Below are positions 50,685 to 64,000 of a stretch of DNA of 64,000 nucleotides, one piece after another. How positions within the stretch are numbered: the first letter of the stretch is position 1; every line of letters starts with the position of its first letter. The stretch comes from Felis catus (lineage: Eukaryota), in assembly GCF_018350175.1 (NCBI RefSeq), contig NC_058368.1, forward strand, positions 208,446,001-208,510,000, in the 5' to 3' direction. The position numbers and the translations under genes are program-made. The notes below the pieces were generated by a model. That model saw only the letters and a list, made by a program, of their open reading frames with translations. It was not told the DNA's origin and made no database searches.

Positions 50685-53600
50685 AAGGTGTCCCTGAGTT
50701 ATAATCCCAGCCCCTTCTCGCATGCCTCGTTTCCCCACCTTTCTTTATAGGATCACCCAACGTAGCCTACATTTTACTTGTTCGTTTGTGGTTTATCTGT
50801 CTCCCCTGACCAGGGTATCCACCCCTTGAGGACAAAGGATTTTTTTACCTACTTTGTTCCCTGAAGGTTCCTCAACATTTATACTTGTCATATAGTAGTG
50901 CTCAAGATGTATTTCCTGAATGAATGAACGAATGAGTGAAACCATTCACTTACAGTACTATTTCTGTGGGCTTCCACATTCAAACGACTTATTTTCAAGC
51001 AGTTCGTAAATACGGACCTTGTGGAAATTTTTTGTGTACTAATAATGAAACACAGAAATAATTTTTAATAAGCCTGGTCTCCCCTCAGGTCGAGCTGTGC
51101 ACCACGCAAGCCTTGAGACAGGCACAAGGAAGAAGACTCACAGAGCCCCGTGCGTCAGCTTGAAGCTGTGTGAGGACACAGTGGGTGCTTTGCTGAGTGG
51201 GAGGCGTAGAACTGAATGAAAAAGAGGGAAAGACATCCAGAAGGAGAACACCAGTCCATCAGCCTGGAAACCTAGAATGTCCTTGGTGTCTTGGCCTGTG
51301 CTGGGCAGTGAGGGCCAGACAGTCTCAGTTATGGTCCCAAGGAATCCACAAAGCAGGGAAGGGACAATCAAAGGGGAGGAGCCCAGGGGCGCACAGAAGA
51401 ATGGGGAAGCGTATTGACAAGGAGAGCTCCATGGAGGAGGCCAGAAGAGGCTCACTGGAGGAGGTGGTCCTGCTGCTGATCTGGAAAGGTGGGTGGGTCC
51501 AGGGCCTCAGGAGAGGAGGGGGGAAGGGAGGGCCCGTTCCGACCTGGGCCAGTCCAACTGCTGCTGAAGAAATGGGGCCGAGGGTGCTGTAGACACGAAG
51601 CTCTGTGCTAGCAAATCTAAAAATACCCACCCTCCATTTTTTTCTTTCCTTCTTGGTCCCTTTTCTTCTCACCCTTCTTCCTATTTTCTGCTTTCTCTGA
51701 TTATCCCTTCTGGCCGCCTTCACGCATTTGCTCATCCCCTCCCCCCCACGGAATCTCTTCCCCTGGGGGTGGGTCAAAACCTTCCTGGACTCCCTGCTGT
51801 TCAGGTACAGGTTGGCAGCGGCTCCAAAGGCCTCCCATCCCCCTCAACTCAGCTCTTGCGCATGCCAATTAACAGGTGTCAGCAATGCTGGCCCGGACTA
51901 AGAGACCCACGTCTGCATAACAACCCAACTATTTTGGCTATCCAGGCCGAGAGCATAAATATGGTGGCGTTTGAGCCCCCGGGGCCCGCGGAGTTCACAA
52001 GTATGCTGTCCAGCTCTCTTCACTGGCCTAGCGCTTGAAGTGTTGCCAGAAAGCCAGGGGACTCCTGTGCTTTTATGTGTTCCCAAGCGCAGTCCTCCCT
52101 GGCTCCGGGAGCAGCCCTCCGGGGACCGCGCGTCGGTGTGAATCTCAAACAGCAAGCTGACATTCCGGTTGGGAGAGTGACAGTGCATGCCTGGGTGATG
52201 ATGCCAGGGCGGCAGGTGACACGGGTCGGCCGCAGAGGGGGAGAGTAGTCGGAGTGGGTTCTAATTACATGTCCTCAGAGTTCTGAAGGATGGCATTGGG
52301 GTCGGGGGAACAGTTCTAAAACGAGGTTACAGAATCCGGATGTCCTGATCAGACTGAGACCACTGAGATGGGGCATTGGGAGCACAGACTACATCCGTGT
52401 TCCCCCAGAAGAGCCTCTGACTTGGACGGATCTAGGATTAAAACATTGCAAGCCAGACAGACCACTGTCTACCGGTGAAAACACATATGCACCGTCTCTC
52501 AGCGAGACCAAGAGGAGGCACCCATATGATGTGCCCTAGATGCCTCCCTGAGGAATTCCTCCTTCGGGGCCATGTTCCCTACCTGGCCCCCACCTCCACC
52601 TCAACCCCCACTCCCATCCCAGGCCTCAGGCTGGCCACTGAGGTTCTAACTCAGGGTAAACATCTGAAAACAGAGTGGCTGCCAGGGAGGAGAAAAAAAA
52701 AAGGCGAGGATGGAATGGGATGGGGTGGGGCATGGCGACAGGAAGAGCTCAAAAGATTCTCAGGTTGGGCGACTACCAAGGTTGTCTTGTCCGGGAGGGC
52801 AGTTTGGCCGCGACCCTGTGGGCATGGGGGGGAGCAGTGTAACGCGCGCTTCTGCCGGCGGGGGCAGCATTTCCTCCGACTGCTGGGGGTTCAGATCTAA
52901 GTTCGTGGGACCTTTTGAAAACTTAGTTCCACTCCAACAGAACCGTATCACAGGGCCTGAACAAACGTTACCTCATCTGCTTTGTGGTCTTTAGAAAAGT
53001 GGGAAGAAGCCACAGAAGGAGGCCTGATCCAGGGGCTACTGAGACCTCCCCCTCAGGATCAGCCCGGTTATGCTTTTGTGATCACTGTTCCAGAAACTCC
53101 AAGGAGGGAGGCTTTCCTGATTTCCCCAGCTCTCTCACCACTTGTCATAGTAGCCCAAGATATTATAGATTTTACATTCATAGGGACCAACGCCCAGAGA
53201 GACACAGATCAAGATCGTACAAGATCACATACCTCCCCTTGGTCCCTAATTACCTTTCTACAACACCATTCCTTGTTCTGTATTCTACATATCTCATTAT
53301 CGTATTGAAATGATAAAGCATGAAAAGTATAAATCCCTGGGAATGTTTCCTCTTCACTGAGGTAGACGATAAACTCTTTGTGAGCAGGGTTGGCCTTTAT
53401 TCCTTCACTCTCTGGTCCTAATTTAATTTATAGCCTCTGTTCAGTGCCTACTTCAGATGCTCCTGACCCCTGACGATCTGAAGTTAAAACAAAGAGTCTG
53501 CACAGCCCTGAGCCGCCCTGAGAAATGCGCGGATGAACATAACAAGAGTCCCAAAGACAATGCAGAATCCTGCCCCTCATCTGTTTGGACTAGAAAGTAG

Positions 53601-55634
53601 TCGTCTGCCTCTAAGCAAAAGCCAGATGACTGCAGAGGTGAAGTAGGAAGCTTTCAAGAGGATGAGGTCAGTTCTCCTGAAAAGAAATCTTAGTGGATGA
53701 AGGCAGAAAACAAATAATTTCACCCAACACGAGAAAGCTATTTATTTCTCTGCTCCACGGTGGCCAGAGGCTACCGATCTGTAAAATCTGAAGGCCCTGT
53801 AGGTTTTAGAAGGTTGTCAGTGGGGTAATTTCTATTGTACAGTGAGTGCGTGCCCCAAGATGGCCAAAGGGGAGTGTCAGAGTCTCACATCTTGGCCCTT
53901 TTTGGGGAAGGCCGCTCTGGGCAGATATTTTGCTGATCATAATCACTTTTATATGTAACTGGACCTTAATTCATTTGGTAGTTTGAGCTACGGAAGGGCG
54001 GCACAGATTAGAGAGCTATGTCTGTAACTGACGAAATCTGCGCCTGGCGTGCATTTGTGGGGAAATTAAAAATAAAATGAGGCTCATCTGAAAAATGCCT
54101 GGACTGGAATTAGCCGTCTCCTGACCGGTCACGCATGGAACTTGTCGGAGATGACCAGGACAGAAAAGTGAGACCTGGGCACAGATCGGGCCGCGCTGCC
54201 CGCCAGGCTCCTGGGAGCCTGTCATAATTTATAATGGATTATCTTAGGAAATAGATGAGGACGGCTTGTGTTCAGGAGCCAGGAAGGACTACTTTGGTTT
54301 AAAAGAAAAAAAAAAAAGCCCCGAAAACATGCGTCAGAAATGCGTGACCCATTGTTATTTATTCCACAAGACATTTAATGCCTTGACTTGGCTTGAATTA
54401 GCTCATCAAATCCTGTGCTATGAATATGACATTTTTGAAGGGAGCTAATACAGCCAGACCAGGTAAATGGCACCTCTTTCTAGCACTGGTCTGGGGGCTC
54501 CTGCTTGCACTCTTTGCCATAAGGTAGCTCTCCTAATGTATTGGAGTTTTCACTTTATGCTTTGAGTTTCAAAATCTGGGGCTTACACACACACACATAC
54601 ACACAGACACACACACACACCCCAAAGGTATATTCCCTCTGTGACTTCTCTTTCCTTCCAACACTGCCTTTAATGTCCACTTCATGTGATTTCATCAAAT
54701 GTTACTGCTCTGGACCAACTACATTTGGTTGCATAGGGAAGAGAAAGGGCAGTAGCATTGTTGACTTTTCTCTGGGCCGTATGATAGGGCATTGCATAAA
54801 TTCTGTTTACTTTCACAAAGACCCTTGAAGGTACTATCATTCTGCTGATTTTATTGATGAGGCCACTAAAACATGGAGAGATTACCTGACTGCCGAGATC
54901 TACTATCCAGTAAGTGGCCCAGCTGGGCTTTGAACCCAGAACACAGGTATAAGCCTGGGCCTGTGCACCAGGTCAAGGTGAAGTCAGAATCCTGCTGTAA
55001 CTGGGCAGGATGTGCAATGCCAGAAGTTCAACACAGCAGCCAGCTCCATCTCAATCTTTAGCTCCTAACCTAGTCCTCAAACGCTTCTTTTTCTGGAACG
55101 ATTATGAAAAAAAAAATGCACTTCCAACCTGCAAGGGTAATGGCAATTAAACAACTCACATTCCATTGTCAGCCTGGTTTCTCTGCCTCCGTAGAAAGTC
55201 TGATGGGGTGTTTTGTAAGGCTGACAGAGACACATGAGGAACGTCAGGCTTGTGCACAGAGCTTCCTCGAAAACTTGGTCATTGACAGCGGCATTGTTCT
55301 GTGATAACAGTTATCTTTTTAGTGCACTGGAACAGAGGTGCACTTGTGTGCACTTGGAACAGAGGTGATTTGCATTTCAGCCACTCTGTGCGCTGACGCA
55401 GCCGCTAGCTCTTCAGGCAGAGGAACTGCATTTCCGCCTCTGTAGAAAGAAGACCAAGAGGCTGTTTTGTCCAAAATGTATCTAATCGTGTAGTGCATGA
55501 GAGATGAGGTATGAATCTTCACATCTATATTTTGGGGGAAGCTTCTGGATTGAAAGGAGGGACTGACAAGAGGCCTGGATGCAAAGTATAGTCTCAACTT
55601 CCCTGTATGACCCATCTATGTCACCCAGCAATGG

Positions 55635-55637
<3 letters not shown>

Positions 55638-55700
<63 letters not shown>
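55638..55700. repeat. (GT)n microsatellite, ~31 units with one GC interruption
   Basis: Direct inspection. Confidence 0.97.
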
Positions 55701-55702
<2 letters not shown>

Positions 55703-55899
55703 TTGGGGGGGGCACTCACTGGGGAAAAGTTCCATGTGTTCCCCCACAATATCTTGCGTTGTTTATGGAATAAAGGAAATAGGAGGTCATCTGCTTTTGA
55801 GAGATTTCAGAAATGTGTCCCTGCCTAACTTCACTCCTGCTTAGCAGAAGCATGAATTCTGAAACTGGGTGGAAAAAAAAAAAAAGGAAGCAACACTGA

Positions 55900-56100
55900 A
55901 CAGGCACCTACCATGTGCCAGGCTCCATGTAAGGTTCATCCTCCAATCTCCTTAATCCTCATTAATATCTCCTCTGAAATATTAGTCTCTTTTTAGAGAT
56001 GAAGAAATTGAAACTAAGACAGGTTAGGTTACTTGCCAAACATTACATAACCAGTAGGCAGCCTAGGATTCAAGTCTATGTGTGTCAGACTCCTAAGTTG
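55900..56100 (-). mobile_element. MIR
   Basis: gcacctaccatgtgccagg...ttttagagatgaagaaattgaaactaagacaggttaggttacttgcc. Confidence 0.75.
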
Positions 56101-57149
56101 AACTTTGTTCCCTGTTAAAATATGACTGTCTCTGGGAAAGGTGGCACATGGGACCCTGTCAGTTATTTACACTGTAGTCTAATGAATCGATCGTACCCTT
56201 TCCTGAAAGAAAGTTTTGCTTAAAGGGCCTAATGATCCTAGATTCCACAAAGGGGAAGAAAGAGTCCAGAAGAGAGGATGGTGACGGCACAGACGCGCAT
56301 CAGTCACTTCCCAATTTTGTCCAGCCCAGCCCTAAATTCCCTGGCAGTTGTGACAAGCAGGTGGAAGGGGGAGGGAAGATGTGACCTACAGTGTCTTCCT
56401 TCGATTCGCATTTCTGACAAGATAGTGAAGAATGGAAATGCTGCTAAGTTTCCAAGGGCAATGACATTGAGAAGGGAGACGGGGCCTTATCGGTAGTTGC
56501 GTGTAGCACAACTCAAGGTACAAAAGCGACTGACACCACCTGGGCCACAGCATGGCTGCGGGGCTGTGGGGCCTCTAGACTGAGTGGGTCTAGGAATTAT
56601 TCCTCCTGGTCCCTTTCCTCAAACCAGCCTGCTCAGCACCACACTCCTGGCCCCTGGGATGTAGCGCTGCGGGTGCCCGCAGGGTACTGGCACTGGCTTT
56701 CTCCTGTCCAAGCTGTGCGGCCTGCAGCGTATGACTTGCCCTCCTGTTTCTTCATTTTACAAATGAAGAAAATCATAAGGCCCACTTCACAGAGTCATTG
56801 TGGGAATGATGGGCATGGCACTTAGCAAACAGTAACTAAAGCTACACATAATTGCAGCCAAGAGACAATGGGGAATTGGGATGGGAAAGCTGTGGGGCCA
56901 AGTTGACTCGAGCCATTGATATCACTTTCATTACTACTCAGTGTGAACAGAGGCGCAGGGGGAAGAACTGTCAGCTGCAACACCAAACTACCTTCCTGAC
57001 CCAATGCCACAGTGTCTGAACCTCCACATTCCGGATACATCCCTTTGGCAACTGCCCCAAACATCTTTTCACTAATTCTTCTGATGGGTAACCCATGAAA
57101 TCTACCAATTAATTAAAGGCACCAATACCAGCTACCCATAGGAATTGTC

Positions 57150-57295
57150 TGGGCATGATAATAATAAATGCTGATGCCTGGGCCCCACCCCAGGCCCCCC
57201 AAATCAGAATCTCTGGGAGGGGCCCAGGCACTAAAAAAATACTTGCCAGGTGTTTCTAAGTTGCCAAATGTGTAGCCAAGGTTGAGAACCCCTGC
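57150..57295. mobile_element. MER5-like MITE fragment
   Basis: aaatgctgatgcctgggccccacccc...aatcagaatctctggg...gttgagaacccctg. Confidence 0.7.
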
Positions 57296-57602
57296 ATTAA
57301 ACTATTTCCCTTCAGAAGAATGTAAGCTCCAGAAGACCAAGGAATACAGCACAGTGTCCTCAAAGCTTACGTATTTATGCACTTGGCACAAAATCAGGTA
57401 ACCTACAAGTTCATGGTGGCTCTTGTTGCTGAATAAAAGTGAAGATGTTGGTGACTCTAAATGGACTGCCGTGAGCCCCAGAATCAAGGTAAGGGACAAA
57501 GGGGCTAAAAGGCAGAGAGAAGAAATAGGCTCTGGGTTATTACAGGAAAGCAAGTCACACTTCTAAGGAAATTCAGCTGCTTGTTCCTCTAGTGATATTT
57601 CT

Positions 57603-57817
57603 TTTTTTAATTTTTTTAACGTTTATTTATTTTTGAGACAGAGAGAGACAGAGCACGAACGGGGGAGGGTCAGAGAGAGGGAGACACAGAATCTGAAACA
57701 GGCTCCAGGCTCCGAGCTGTCAGCATTGAGCCCGACGTGGGGCTCAAACCCACGAACTGTGAGATCATGACCTGAGCCGAAGTCGGACGTTTAACCAACT
57801 GAGCCACCCAGGCGCCC
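57603..57817 (-). mobile_element. CAN-SINE
   Basis: TSD TCTA(G/A)TGATATTTCT on both sides. Confidence 0.95.
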
Positions 57818-58689
57818 TCTAATGATATTTCTAAAAGCAAGATAGACCCCTTGGAAGGAGGCACAGATACTACACTAGGACTGGGGGGGGGGGGGGGGTG
57901 AGGGGAAAGAAAGAAATGCTTCTTCAAGTTTCTAGAAGTATCAGAATACGAAGAGATAATTTTTTAATTAAATATTTCCCAAAGCCCCATTGGTGGTTAG
58001 AAGAAATAGAAAACCATGTGCTCTGGAATCAAAGGGTTCTGGCTTCAAATCTCACGCTTCCCACTTCTTAATAGGATAACCTCATGGAAGGAGATTAGGT
58101 TTTTCGTGGTTTTTTTCCTATTTTTTTAAAGCCCTTCTGATCCTTAGTTTCTACATCTATAAAACCATGAGTAATATTATAGATCTCCCAGGGATGATAA
58201 GGATGCTAGGTGAACTTGCTGGCACATAGTAGGTGACTGACTAATGCATGTAAACCTCCCCCTCTGCTCTCTCCATTCCATCCTAGCAAACCAGGTGATT
58301 CATGACTCTAGAGAGAACACCTTTTCAAAAATGAGAAATAAGCTCAGCGATTGCTACATTTCTGAATGCTAGTTGTTGTGAGAATGTTCAGGAAAGGTGA
58401 GGTGAGTGCATGAATCCTCAAAAATGCAAGAAAGGAAAGAAGTACACAAGGAAAGGCCAGGTCCACGAAAATTCGGCCCCATAAAATTGGCAGGCAAACT
58501 GTGAAATAACCATGTGGTAGTTATGCTGACTTGAGAAAACATGGGGGAGATGTCCTTCTTTTTCTAGGGCCTGGAATAATGTAATCATAAGGTTGGAATT
58601 GTCTCTTTTTTTATAGGAGAACTGACTCAACTGTAAAACTATTTCAGTGGAAAACTGTAATCACTTACCTAATATCCTCATAATAAACT

Positions 58690-61000
58690 TTCGATTCAAG
58701 GTTTTCAATTAGTCTTTGGTTATTTTGGGTACTATTTTTATAGAATTCTATATCAATTTATCTATGGGATTTTTAGCTATGCCTATTTGCATTATTATAG
58801 TTTTTTACAGTTGCTCTGTGGATTAAGATGCATATTATTAATATCCCACATTCTCCTTGGAGTTAATATTCTTGTACATTGCAACTATATAGGTCAATTT
58901 CCCTCTACCCTGTATTGTATGCTATAGTTGTCATAGGTAATTCATCTGATGTATGTTATACATCCACAAAATAATGTTAAAATGTTATAATTTTTGCTTT
59001 AACCAGTCATATGTCTTTTAAAGAACCTAGCAGAAAAAAATCTTTTTTTATTTTTATTTTTTACCAAAAAAAATATTTTATTTTTATCCAGATATTTACC
59101 ATTTCTGATTTCCCTCATTCATTCCTGGAGATCCACATTTCCTCTGGTATCATTTCCTGTCAGTTATGAATTTCCTTTAGCTCAATACTGTAGGGCAGAC
59201 CTGCTGATGACAAATTCCCTTACTTTTCTTTGGTCTGAAAAAAAACATCATTCTCAAAGGATATTTTCACTGAATATAGATCTCTGTCTTGCCGGGCTTT
59301 TATTTGTTTGTTTTGTTTTTCTTCCAACACTCTAAAGATGTCTAGTTGTCTTCTTTTTGTTTTGTTTTGTTTTGAAGAAAGCTATTTTTTTTGTTTATGT
59401 ATTTATTTTGAGAGAGAGAGTCAGAGAGAGAGAGAGCATAGGAGAGGCAGAGAGAGGGAGAGACAGAATCCCAAGCAGGCTCCACGCTGTCAGTGAGGAG
59501 ACTGACATGGGGCTCAAACTCACAAAAAGACTCATGAGATCATGACCTGAGCTGAGATCAAGAGTTGGATGCTTAACCAACTGAGCCACCCAGGTGCTCC
59601 GATGTCTGGTTGTCTGCTTAGCTCCATAGTGGCTGATGAGGCAAGAAATCATTTGAAATATTATTACCCTCTATGTTGTGCATCATTTTCCTCTGGCTAT
59701 TTCCTTGTTTCTTTTTTATTTTTTTTTAAATGTTTATTTGTTTTTGAGAGAGACAGAGTATGAGCAGGGGAGGGGCAGAGAAAGCGGGAGACACAGAATC
59801 CAAAGCAGGCTCCAGGCTCTGAGCCGTCAGCACAGAGGCCAATGTGGGGCTTGAACTCACCAACCACAAGATCATGACCTTAGCTGAAGTTCGACACTTA
59901 ACTGACTGAGCCACCCAGGCGCCTTGTCCTCTGGCTATTTTCAAAATGTTTTCTTCATCTTTAGTTTTCAGAAGTTTGGTGTGATTAGGCATGATTTTCT
60001 TTGTATTTATCCTACTTGGAGTTAGTGGAGTTTTTTGAATTTGTATGTTCTTTACTTTTTTCAAATTTGGCAAATCTTTAGTCATTGTTAATTCAAAAAA
60101 GTTTTTTCAGCCCCATTCTCTCCCTTTTAGGACAGACTCTTCTTCCAGAGATTCCAGTTGTACACTACTAAACCTTTTGTCCCATAAATTCTAAGGCTCT
60201 GATCATTTCTTTTGGGCATTTTTTCTCTTCATTCTTCAAATGCGATCATTTTTATCCATCAAAGTTCATTGGTTCCTTCCTCTGTCATCTCCATTCTGCT
60301 TCGAATCTCATCCACTTTTAAAATTTCAGATTTTATCATTTTTTATTCTTTTTTATGACTTCCATTTCTCTGCTAAGATGTCCTATCTTTTCACTAATTT
60401 TGAACACATTTTCCTTCATATCATTGACCATATTTAAGTAACAGTTTTAAATCTTTGTTAGTTCCAATATCTGAGCCACCTTAGGATTCTTCTTTCCCTT
60501 AAAAAATGGGTACATCTTCCTATTTCTTTATATGTCAAGTAACTTTATTTCTTGAACATTGTAATGTTAAGTTGTAGACACTGTGCATTCAACCTTGTTT
60601 TAGCAACAACTAATTTGGTTGGATTCAAACCACAAACAATCTCTTGGGTGGCACCTCAAATCTCCGTTCCATTCTTTTAGCCTTAGAGGGGTCTCTCAGA
60701 ATCTGCTTCTTTGTAATAGTTCAGAGATTTGAGCGGAGCTTACACACAACTTGGAGCTCTCCTTTCTGGTTCTAACAATCTCCTTACTTTCTTGTGGCTG
60801 TAGTGGTCCCAATTCCTCTGGCTCTGCAAGCCAATAACATCGGGAGCTTTTTTTCAGAGTTTTTGCCACTTTGTATGCTACAGGCTAAAACCCGCCCTCT
60901 GAGAAAGAGAGAAGGAAACTCACCCCATGCTGTTTGCTTCTTCTAAAGGTCAATCCAAAATCTGCCTCCAGAATCTACCTTCCCAGTGCCTTCACGTAAT
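58690..61000 (-). mobile_element. Old L1M (5' region/ORF1) interrupted by two CAN-SINEs (~59360-59600 and ~59705-59924, both minus)
   Basis: ORF 59726-60085 DLPNLKKVKNIQIQKTPLTPSRINTKKIMPNHTKLLKTKDEENILKIAR resembles L1 ORF1p, then runs into SINE sequence. Confidence 0.8.
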
Positions 61001-62586
61001 TGTATTCTTATGTTTGTCTACACTATATGGTTAGTCTGGTAAGAGTTTACTTGTCTGCACTATAAATAGAATCAGTCCATAGTTTTCAACTTTGTTACCA
61101 CAGGGGAGTTGTCTCATAATTAATTTAATTTCATGGAAATCTATATAATGTCTCAATTTTCATTCCTTATCTTTTGCACTTTTTCTTTCATCAGGCTTGC
61201 AAAGGTTTTTTGTCTGTTTGTTTCCCTCCTTATATTTTGTAAATATTTTTGAAGAACTACTTTTGGAATTTATCCTCTTTTCTAATTTTTCCCTTTATTT
61301 CAGTTCATCTTATATGTTTGTAATTCTAGGAGAAAAGTATAAGAAATAGTTGTGTGTTAGCATTTGAGCTGGAACAAGGAGATCTGAGAGGTAATTTTTT
61401 TTTCATCTTATTCATCTACAACCATCCAGGTAGAGGGATGCTTAGGAATATAGAGAGGCAGTAGGGGAAGAAGAACCCTCTAACCCTCTCCCAATCTCAT
61501 TGGTCTTGGACTTTTTTTTTGGATCTTAGAACAATTTTCCTGTTTTTATTTGTCTTGTTTGTTTGTTTTTAGGTCTGTACACATCTTGTTCTAAAAGGAC
61601 TACTGAAAGACTTTTGTTGAAGCACTGATAATGCAGCCTGGATCTGACATCAAAGGGGAATAAAGAAATAAATATTATAATAAGGACTGGAAGAATGCAA
61701 CTGTTTCTTTAAGATAATGTAAATGGCCTGGACCTAAAGCATATCCAAATGGAACCATGTCTCAGGAACTGACAGAGGAATTACACATGGAGCAAAGATT
61801 TCTCCCTGTGATACAGCTTTCCTCCAAGCTGATAAAATGTTGAAAAACCTGGATATGGTTAAGTGATAGCAATTAAATGTCAAAAAGAAGCTTAGCCATA
61901 AGCATTGGCATTGGTCAGCTCCTGAGTACTCCCAACTCACTAAACCCAGAGCGGACAATACAGCAAGAGGAATAAGAAATCCCTGGATGGATTTAGTCTA
62001 CCAACTCTTTATTCCTGATTACAGCAAACATTTGGACCCCCTACCTGTTTTGAGGCAGATATGCTCCCTCAGCTCCAGCCAAACTGACTTACTCATTGTT
62101 TCTGGGACATGATCTGTGGGTTCAGGGCACACTGTGAGCAAAGCACAGAACGAAAGGCTGCCAAGGCATGCCTCTAGGCTATAAGTAAAGCAGTTTATGT
62201 GGAGGGCACAAGAAAGTCTACTCTTCCAAGCAAATGATGGGTGAGTGTACAAACTTCAGTTATTTGTGTATGTGTTTTGCCGCTATGGTTCAAAGCTCTT
62301 TAAAAGTCAGGTTTGTGCTTTCTTCAATTTTTATTGCCCATAGCATGTAGCATAAAGCCTGCCACACAGTAGGTTTTTGATAAATATTTCTTGATTCTAG
62401 CCCACTCAACTTTTTCTCTTTCATATTTACTTCCAGCTTCCAATTCAACACCACTATCACTCCCAGAGACAAAATAATCCTATCTTTCGGCTGCAAACTT
62501 TAGGAAGAAAAGGCTTGAGATGGTGGCCAGATTGGATTCTCTAAGATCAAAGGCTAAAATATGAACACTGACATTTGGAAACCCAT

Positions 62587-63055
62587 TGTGGTAGGCTGAA
62601 TAACGGTCCCCACAAAGGTGTTCACATCCTAATTCCCAGAACCTGTGACTACATTGCCTTACATTTGCAGATGTAATTAAATTAAGGATGTTGAGATGGG
62701 GAGATTATCCTGGATTGTTTGGGGTAGGTCCAATGTAATCACAAAGGTCCCTTAATCATGGAAGAAGGAAAGAGAATAGTTAGTATTACAGTGATGCAGT
62801 GTGAGAGCAACTCAACCAACCACTGCTGACTTTAAAGATGGAAGGAGCCATGAGCCAAGATACAGAGGCATCCTCTAGAAGGGAAAGGCAAGGAAAAAGA
62901 TTCTTCCCTGGAGCCTCTAGAAGGAGTACAGCCTGCTAACATCTTTATTTAAGCCCACTGAAACCCATTTCAGACTTCTGACCTGCAGAAACATAAAGTA
63001 ATACATCTGTGTTGTTTTAAGCCACTTAAGTTTTTGGTAATAGGAAACTAATATA
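62587..63055 (+). mobile_element. MLT1D-like MaLR solo LTR, full length
   Basis: tgtggtaggctgaataacggtcccc...gagattatcctggatt...gttgttttaagccact...ggaaactaatata; CCAT on both flanks. Confidence 0.88.
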
Positions 63056-64000
63056 CCATCTAGATGTTTTGTGTTTTTTTTTTTTTCTGAAGACTTTTCT
63101 GATTGCACTGAACTATTAACTCTAATTGAGAAGAATGTTTCATAAGCCAAAGGATCTTCTGAGTATGCCACTTACTTTTCTGAACTATATTAATTTCCTC
63201 TTTGTCTACATATTACTACCTAATAATCTATAGATATAAAATCACCAGTAGAGAGCGTATCTAACACAGGGTGTAGCAGCATAAAAGTGTTCAAGTTAGA
63301 GGTTTCCCAACTTATTTTTCTCTACTTGTTTTATTCTTTACATTTTAATTCAGCATTTTGTGCAATGGTGATAGTCAAGTAATTAATTAACTAGTACAAG
63401 ATGGACCACCACCGATAACAGAATGGATGCTGGCCAAGATGCTCTGCCAGTGCACACCAGATGAAAATAGACCCTGATATCAAATGTCCTAAAAATTACA
63501 GATACCTCCTTTTACATATGTATTTGGATAAGGTCTAAAGAATTCATTTTTGCTGTTTTGTAATACATCCCACCTCCCAATCCTCAATTAGAATCTATCA
63601 TATGTAGCATGGTCTTACATAGATCTCAGTGAGAACTTCACTCAAATATAGTTAAAATAGCTGGGGAAGTCAATTCCAGAACTTTGGACCTGTCACCAAG
63701 AATCTTTGAAGTACAAAATAAAGATCTAAGTATTTGTGGCGGAATTGCACACGTAATCATAGCTGCCATGATGGAAAACTTCCTAGAGGAATAAAAACCC
63801 CAAGGAAACTAGGTCTCGTCTGCCATATTAGGGGTTCATAAATCAAATCAAACAACACGAATAAGAATCTTCTGAGTCATTTGGAGAATAAAGAATGGAG
63901 GGGATATTTGGTCATTGGCTGGTATCAATTCAGGGAATAGCTGGAACTGTAGACAGTGGTAGGGAGCCCATTCCCCATGGATAAGAACACCTGTCAGTGC

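Noticed and set aside
1..64000. CRISPR array, operon or other prokaryotic-type system
   Set aside because: The sequence is mammalian; the dispersed repeats are SINEs and no regularly spaced repeat-spacer array exists.

Overview
This is mammalian genomic DNA, almost certainly from a cat-family (felid) genome. It is dense in tRNA-derived CAN-SINEs, including near-consensus young felid copies with intact target-site duplications (TSDs). I find no recognisable intact protein-coding gene; the ORF track is explained by repeats and chance ORFs. The only gene-derived sequence I can identify is an old, disabled, intronless PRDX4 retrocopy (~29.95-30.68 kb, minus strand). The rest is a mix of SINEs, L1, L2, MIR, MaLR/ERV LTRs and hAT/Tigger DNA transposons, with repeat-poor islands that look regulatory. 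These include two strong CTCF motifs in divergent orientation, a PBX/PREP-MEIS decamer, and a CpG-enriched block at 34-37.9 kb with a TATA box and splice donor that may start a spliced lncRNA. The most unusual structure is a SINE-spacer-SINE composite at 45.0-45.56 kb, bracketed by a single TSD, whose two copies share a private variant. I cannot support a claim of a wholly new biological system. Repeat subfamily names come from recalled consensus sequences, not from a search.
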